A stretch of 64,000 nt of DNA, taken from positions 1 to 64,000 of the forward strand of contig CANJVR010000004.1 in the NCBI GenBank assembly GCA_947478395.1, in the 5' to 3' direction. A program made the position numbers and the translations under genes. The notes beneath the pieces were generated by a model. That model was not told the origin of the DNA. It was given only the letters and a program-made list of their open reading frames with translations, and ran no database searches. Shown here in pieces: positions 59,301 to 64,000 of the stretch (position 1 is the first letter of the stretch; each line of letters starts with the position of its first letter). Origin of the DNA: Opitutia bacterium. GTDB taxonomy: Bacteria; Verrucomicrobiota; Verrucomicrobiia; Opitutales; Opitutaceae.

Positions 59301-59588
59301 ATTGTTGCTGTTGAAAAGGCTGAGCGTGGGATTGGCCAAGGTCCCCGTGAGATTGAAGGGCGCGGCGGCGAGGCGCTGGCCGACGGCCCGAATCAGAATT
59401 TTTTTCGGTGCTCCGTCATTTACGACGAAGCCCGTGATCATGATGTTGACGCCGGTGCCCACCTGTCCGCGCGTGGAAAGATTCGCGAGCCGCTGATCGT
59501 ACTGGCTGGCCGCGTGGGAGGGAGAAAGCGTGAGCGCGCCAATCAGGGCAAACGCAGCCGAGGAGGAAATTAAGCGCAGGGTTTTCAT
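56352..59588 (-). CDS. DUF1800-family exported protein with N-terminal tandem module, Calx-beta-like and CHRD-like domains
   Basis: AARFLTQATFGP, DQLRQRVAFALSEILV, DENYAREIMQLFTIGL, HPNTGPFI, LVTSNPSP, GKAKEP; V.YTVGGTA.SGTDY. Confidence 0.88.
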   Translation of the reverse strand: MKTLRLISSSAAFALIGALTLSPSHAASQYDQRLANLSTRGQVGTGVNIMITGFVVNDGAPKKILIRAVGQRLAAAPFNLTGTLANPTLSLFNSNNQLVLQSDNWDTTDTALAAATTAVGAFAISGNDSALVATLSPGAYTAQVSGVNNTVGVGLLEVYDISGSARLLNLSTRAVINPGGPSVAGGVLISGLVIATGGGPRHLLIRAAGPALTAFGVPNAINDPVFSIYSGTTIIANGSSRDWDLANTGGVITAATTQAGAFPFPTGSKDDAMVIDLNPGAYTIQVAGVGGVGGVALVEVYDLTSETLSTVSVTASVAATDTQGSAPGVFTFTRVGNNSSAINVSYTVGGTAVSGTDYQPLTGVVSFPAGVSTATVTLVPKSNALNLNNRTATLTLVPNNSYGVGANDNASVAIFYNSGSLYVSNLRTPGSVSGSTAYGTGTIQLSADGNSALVNVAFTNLSSPEVVAHLAIDGNYVFTLPQGQVGNAPWDFSPVGIYTKADLIAALKAGRVTISIDTASFPTGELTGSYLKSSGSAAFNAPAAAPAINLAKISAPDAARFLTQATFGPRGDEIVALPAKGYSNWINEQMALPASLHFAEASADFVANNSTGTGSPTTGAPNTRISVNNRTHAWWKLATTAPDQLRQRVAFALSEILVTSDQNSTIANWEDGHTVYYDLLVSGAFGNFRDLLENVTLSPNMGIYLSALRNGKATFDSKGIQLTQADENYAREIMQLFTIGLNELQPDGTLKLDPNGQPIPTYTQQTIVETAKVFTGWGYYQPTNSSFRGGGGISENYINPMTLFPAFHDDATKTIVGGKILPAAQGGVKDLKDTLDTLFNHPNTGPFISKELIQRLVTSNPSPGYVYRVAQVFANNGANVRGDLGAVVRAILLDYEARSPAFVNSPSYGKAKEPLLRATALLRAFAGNSDSGRFTLSTTDANLFQTAGRAPTVFNFFEPGYVYPGAIAAAGLYAPEFQILTDTSAITIPNYLYDSLINRVRNATTVGLDYTAVLPIAKNSQGLTDYMNLVLSGSSMPPSMITRIVTALNAMPTSTSDTDRIRSAIYLTVSSPEGSIQK

Positions 59589-59883
59589 GGTAGCAGCAGT
59601 GAGGGGCAAAAAAGGACCACGGCGGGGAAAGCGTGGCAGTTTGACGTCAGAATCCTTTTTAATAAGACAGACCGATTTTCTGTATAAGTCGATGGCTTAG
59701 TGGCGAGGGCTGGTAAGTGTCAGCACGGCACGAATTCGTGCATGATTTGAATTCGGGGTGTCGCGCCGAAATATGCAGATTCAGCGGTCGGCCACGCGGC
59801 TGTCCGATAGCGAATGGGACGAATGGCGGACACGTGTCTTTCGGATTGCGCTCGGGGGCGCGCTGCCACTCAACGGTTGAACT

Positions 59884-61302
59884 GTGCAGACGCCCCTTCC
59901 TCTCCGCCGTTTTTTTCTCCGATCGATGGTTTTGGCCGCTTGGTTCGCAACTTCCGCGTGGGGAGATGGGCCGTATCGGAATCGCGACAACAAGCAGGTG
60001 GACGATGCCGGCGAGCCCACCTATCCGGTCCCATATCAATTGCCGACAGTGGCCGAAATCACGGAGGTGCTAAACCGCGTGCGGGGGTATTTGGACACAG
60101 CCGCGCCCACCCGGGTGATCGACCGCAAGACCGGCCGCGCGATCACGGATTTCGCGGTGCCGGTCGAAACGGCCGTCGCTGACGCCGGATCGGCGAACTT
60201 CAGTGCGCTCGCCTACGAGATGGGCGTGGTGCACGCCGGGATGCTCAAGGCCGCCGCGATCACTGGGGATGCCCGCTTTGTCGCATTCACGGAGCGACAC
60301 ATGCGTTTCCTGGCGGAACGCACGCCGTATTTTCGCGCTCAGGAGGAAAAATTTCACCTCGAGCGGGCCAACAGTTTTGCGCGGTTGCTCGACCCGCGCG
60401 CGCTCGACGATAGCGGGTCGATGGACGCGGCGCTGATTCGTGCGCGTCTTGGGAAAGTCGGGCCGGATTTACTGCCGGTGATTCAACGGTGGAGCGACTA
60501 CATCGCGAAAAAACAGTTTCGCTTTTCCGACGGTACGCTCGCCCGGCAGCGTCCGCAGGCTCAATCGCTCTGGTCGGATGATTTCTACATGAGCGTGCCC
60601 GCACTGGCGGAGATGGGACGCATGACTGGCGAGCGCGCCTGGTTCGACGACGCGGTGAAGAACGTTCTCCAGATGTCGGGGTATTTGTTTAACCCGCGCC
60701 TGAATATTTTCGCTCATGGCTACAACGCAAACAACCCCGACGCTCCGCAATTTTACTGGGGACGCGCCAGCGGCTGGCCGGTGCTCGCCATGTGCGACTT
60801 GCTCGACGTGCTGCCTAAGAATCACCCGGGCTATGAAAAAGTTCTGGCTCAACTGCGCGCTGTCTTGCGCGGCGTCGCGCAGTTTCAATCCGGCCGCGGC
60901 CTCTGGCACCAGTTGCTCGATCGCAACGATTCGTACCTGGAAACCTCGGCGAGCGCGATGTTCGTGTACGGCTATGCGCACGCGATTAACGAGGGATGGA
61001 TCAGTCCGACCACCTACGGCTCAATCGCGCAGGCAGGCTGGACGGGCCTGGTCACCCGCGTGAATCCGAAAGGCCAGGTCGAGGGCACTTGCGTCGGCAC
61101 CACGTTTGCGAGCGACCCGATTTATTATTACGAACGACCGGCGAGCGTCGATGCGTTGCACGGGTATGGTCCGACGCTACTGGCCGGCTCGGAGATGATC
61201 CGTCTGCTTAAAAATCCAGCGATCGATATTCAGATCAAGCTGCGGACGTATCACTATGTGCCGAAGGACGGGGGAAAAACGGATTACCGGGAGCACCAAT
61301 GA
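59884..61302 (+). CDS. Glycoside hydrolase family 105 (unsaturated rhamnogalacturonyl hydrolase-like)
   Basis: YEMGV, LDD.G, LWSDDFYM, YWGRASGW, GLWHQLLD, YLETSASAM. Confidence 0.9.
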   Translation: MQTPLPLRRFFLRSMVLAAWFATSAWGDGPYRNRDNKQVDDAGEPTYPVPYQLPTVAEITEVLNRVRGYLDTAAPTRVIDRKTGRAITDFAVPVETAVADAGSANFSALAYEMGVVHAGMLKAAAITGDARFVAFTERHMRFLAERTPYFRAQEEKFHLERANSFARLLDPRALDDSGSMDAALIRARLGKVGPDLLPVIQRWSDYIAKKQFRFSDGTLARQRPQAQSLWSDDFYMSVPALAEMGRMTGERAWFDDAVKNVLQMSGYLFNPRLNIFAHGYNANNPDAPQFYWGRASGWPVLAMCDLLDVLPKNHPGYEKVLAQLRAVLRGVAQFQSGRGLWHQLLDRNDSYLETSASAMFVYGYAHAINEGWISPTTYGSIAQAGWTGLVTRVNPKGQVEGTCVGTTFASDPIYYYERPASVDALHGYGPTLLAGSEMIRLLKNPAIDIQIKLRTYHYVPKDGGKTDYREHQ

Positions 61303-61337
61303 GTGCGTAGCGCGGTGCTGCAGCCCGTGCTATTTTG

Positions 61338-62111
61338 TTATCGTCCGCACCAACCGCCATCCACGGCCATCACGTGGCCGCTGAGATAATCGCTCGCCGC
61401 AGAGGCGAGAAACACAATCGCGCCTTCCAGGTCGGCAGGTTCGCCCCAACGGGCCGCGGGAATGCGACTGAGGATTTCTTTTGAGCGCACGGCGTCAGCC
61501 TGCAGGGCGGCTGTGTTGTCGGTGCGCATGTAGCCCGGCGCGATGGCGTTCACGTTGATGCCCTTGCTCGCCCATTCATTCGACAGCGCTTTCGTGAGCT
61601 GGCCGACCGCGCCTTTACTCGCGGCGTAACCGGGTACCGTGATGCCGCCGAAAAACGTAAGTAACGAGGCAATGTTGATGATTTTGCCCGAACCGCGCGC
61701 GATCATGTGCTGGCCGGCGGCGCGGCAGGCGGTGAACACGCCGTTCAAGTTGACGTCGATCACCGCGTCCCAATCGGCGTCGGTGTGATCCGCCGCCGGC
61801 GTGCGTCGGATGATGCCGGCGTTGTTGACGAGAATGTCGAGATGGCCCTGCCAGGCGATCGCTTGGTCGATCAAGCGCTGCACATCGGCGCGCTGGCCCA
61901 GATCAGCGGCGATGGCGGTGGCTTTGACGCCGAGCGCGGAGAGTTCAGCGACGACCGGCGCGAGCTTGGCGGGATCGCGGCCGTTGACGATGACGTCGGC
62001 CCCGGCCTGAGCGAGTGCGCGAGCCATAGCTTTGCCGAGGCCCTGGGAGGAACCCGTGACGAGCGCGACTTTGCCGCGGAGGCCGAATTTTTGTTCGAGA
62101 AATGAGGGCAT
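61338..62111 (-). CDS. kduD: 2-dehydro-3-deoxy-D-gluconate 5-dehydrogenase
   Basis: TGSSQGLG, NNAGIIRR, GGITVPGYAASKG, APGYM.TDNT; follows kduI. Confidence 0.9.
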   Translation of the reverse strand: MPSFLEQKFGLRGKVALVTGSSQGLGKAMARALAQAGADVIVNGRDPAKLAPVVAELSALGVKATAIAADLGQRADVQRLIDQAIAWQGHLDILVNNAGIIRRTPAADHTDADWDAVIDVNLNGVFTACRAAGQHMIARGSGKIINIASLLTFFGGITVPGYAASKGAVGQLTKALSNEWASKGINVNAIAPGYMRTDNTAALQADAVRSKEILSRIPAARWGEPADLEGAIVFLASAASDYLSGHVMAVDGGWCGR

Positions 62112-62176
62112 GAAAATGGGTATGGGCGCGAGCGTTTGGGCCCTGCGGTGATGACTGGGCCGGTGGGACGCTGAAT

Positions 62177-63001
62177 TTATTTCAGCGTCGCGATGGGCGC
62201 CGGGTCCATGTCGGCGAACACCTGATTGTCGCCACCCATCGCCCAGACGAAACGATACGCTCCGGTGCCAACGCCGCAGTGAACGGACCACGCGGGCGAG
62301 AGCACGGCTTCGCGGTCGCGCACGACGAGATGACGCGTAGCTTGCGGCTCGCCCATAAAGTGCATCGCAATGTTTTCGCCGAGATCGAAGTAGAGGTAAA
62401 TTTCTGTGCGCCGGCTGTGGGTGTGCGGCGGCATTGTGTTCCAAATGCTACCCGGCTCGAATTCCGTGAAGCCGAGCACCAGCTGGCAGCTCTTGATGCC
62501 GTCGAGGTGAATGTACTTCAGAATCGTGCGCCGGTTGGCCTTGGTTACATCGCCGATCGGTGTGGCCGTCACATCCGCGCGACGTGCGAGCGCCGTAGGA
62601 TGTTTCGCGTGGGCCGGCGTGCTTACGAAATAAAACTGCGCCTGGCCGCTCGGGCCGTTTTCGAAGGTCACGTCTTTCTCGCCGAGGCCGATGTAAAGAC
62701 AGTCGAGCGAGGCGAGCGTGTAACTGGTGCCTCCCACTTTCACGGTGCCGGCGGCGCCGAGATTGAGGATGCCGATTTCGCGGCGCTCGAGGAAGAAGCT
62801 CGTGCCGAGTTCCTTGTCAGCTGGCAGTCCGAGCGGCGCGGTCGTCGGTACCGCGGCGCCGCAAATCATACGATCGAGATCCGTGTAATGCGCCACGACG
62901 GCGCCCGGCTGGAAAAGTCCGCCGATGAGAAATGTTTCGCGCAGATCGGCAGTCGAAAGCGTGTTGGTGGCGGCAGGCGTCGGAAAATAATGAAGTTTCA
63001 T
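62177..63001 (-). CDS. kduI: 4-deoxy-L-threo-5-hexosulose-uronate ketol-isomerase
   Basis: FLERREIG, SCQL.LG, WNTMPPHTH.RR.E.YLYF, SPAWSVH.G.GT, W.MGG.NQ. Confidence 0.96.
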   Translation of the reverse strand: MKLHYFPTPAATNTLSTADLRETFLIGGLFQPGAVVAHYTDLDRMICGAAVPTTAPLGLPADKELGTSFFLERREIGILNLGAAGTVKVGGTSYTLASLDCLYIGLGEKDVTFENGPSGQAQFYFVSTPAHAKHPTALARRADVTATPIGDVTKANRRTILKYIHLDGIKSCQLVLGFTEFEPGSIWNTMPPHTHSRRTEIYLYFDLGENIAMHFMGEPQATRHLVVRDREAVLSPAWSVHCGVGTGAYRFVWAMGGDNQVFADMDPAPIATLK

Positions 63002-63049
63002 GTGATGTTACGGGAATATGTACCCTCGTTCGGACGGACCAGAGTCGAC

Positions 63050-64000
63050 TTATTTAATGCTGACTTTGACGGGCGATTTCGCGCGCGACGCCATCGTGGC
63101 AACGTAGGTGTTCCACTGTTCCTTGGTGGTGAACTCGCCGGCTTTTGACCAGCCGCCGCCGACATAGTACGTCAGGGCTTTGCCGGACGTGACGGTAGCG
63201 AGAATGAGTTGATTTACCTTGTCCTCGGCGAAGCCCTGCAGCGCGCTGGGTACGACGATACCTTCGCCGATGGAACCGTTGGTTTTTTGCGTTTCCCACT
63301 GGGTAAACCAGCCGTCGGCTTGATTTTTTGTGACGTCAATTTTGTCGCTCTGGCCGCGGTCGGCGCTGTCCTTGTTGACGCCGATGGCGACGAGAATCTC
63401 CTTGCCGCCCTCGAAGGTGAACGTGCTCTCGATTCGATCCAAATTGTGTCCGGCATCGACCGTGAAACGCTTCACCTCGGAGACCTTGGTGCCAGCGGCG
63501 TCCCAGGCGTCGTACGTTAACTCGAAGATCGCGCGGATCGGGCCGTTCGCGATCACATTCCAGGTTTTGTAGTTGCGCCCGACGTAGAGTTTCTGGCCAT
63601 CCCAGACGCCGGTGCCGCCGCAACCGCGCGAGGTGCCGACTTGGTACATGTCCATGCCTTCGCCCTCGTCCTTGTGGTAGTGATCGTGGCCCTTGTTGTA
63701 CCAGCGATCGACGACGGGATAAGCCACGCGTTTGCTCCAAATATCGAGGCCGCTGGTCACGAGGACTTCCTTGCCGCGCTTCGGCTCGTCGGGGGCGGCC
63801 AGGGCGGGGCCGTACGTGCGGTGGGCGAGCTTGTCGTTTTCCCATGCGAAATCATCGAGGCGCTCGGGCACAAAACGCGCGAAGACCTTGGACGGGAAAA
63901 CGGGCGCGACCTCGGTGATCAATTCGACGGTGAACGTCGCGGATTTTTCGCCCGCCGCGAAGTCGTGCTGGAAAATTAAATCGCCGTAAGCGATGCCCTT
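63050..64000 (-). CDS. DUF4861-family protein (pectin-associated); 5' end beyond the window
   Basis: ARFVPERLDDFAWEND..AHR.YGP, SG.DIWSKR, YHKD.GEG.D.Y.VG.SRG.GG, NGP.R; frame open to 64000. Confidence 0.8.
   Translation of the reverse strand, partial: KGIAYGDLIFQHDFAAGEKSATFTVELITEVAPVFPSKVFARFVPERLDDFAWENDKLAHRTYGPALAAPDEPKRGKEVLVTSGLDIWSKRVAYPVVDRWYNKGHDHYHKDEGEGMDMYQVGTSRGCGGTGVWDGQKLYVGRNYKTWNVIANGPIRAIFELTYDAWDAAGTKVSEVKRFTVDAGHNLDRIESTFTFEGGKEILVAIGVNKDSADRGQSDKIDVTKNQADGWFTQWETQKTNGSIGEGIVVPSALQGFAEDKVNQLILATVTSGKALTYYVGGGWSKAGEFTTKEQWNTYVATMASRAKSPVKVSIK

Overview
GC-rich bacterial window. The taxon is probably Opitutaceae (Verrucomicrobiota), inferred from gene content and a recurrent 'RLxNLSxR...VExYxx' protein module. 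1-31.1 kb is a flagellar locus: a hybrid histidine kinase, a sigma54 activator, unknown exported/TPR proteins, a FlgN-like protein, a degenerate HD-GYP regulator, then flgB-C-fliE-F-G-H-I-J-(ylxF/motE-like)-fliK-flgD-flgE-fliL-M-N-O-P-Q-R-flhB-flhA-flhF-orf-fliA-motA-motB-orf-orf. No flagellin, flgK/L, ring or che genes are in the window. 31.4-34.3 kb holds eda, a hypothetical and aroC. 34.5-59.6 kb is a type II secretion system split into convergent halves (gspD-E-F on +, gspG-H-I-J-K-L-M on -). Between the halves lie a uronate-dehydrogenase-like SDR, two exported Ig-domain proteins (one a cyclophilin) and a DUF3570/ApbE/TlpA/DUF4266 flavinylation-redox module. A DUF1800/DUF1501 pair and an orphan GspG-like protein lie upstream of gspG. 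59.9-64 kb holds pectin/uronate catabolism genes (GH105, kduD, kduI, DUF4861-like). No rRNA, tRNA, CRISPR or transposase was seen. Highlights: (i) three sigma54 promoter modules share a CGGCA-N5-TGCCG upstream box; one is embedded in the fliK coding sequence, and all three predict nearly leaderless mRNAs; (ii) several motor-control proteins look degenerate (FlhF, FliM, MotB, HD-GYP); (iii) a T2SS neighbourhood has putative cargo sharing a tandem ~125-aa module next to a predicted flavinylated outer-membrane barrel. All calls come from reading motifs by eye; no searches were run.
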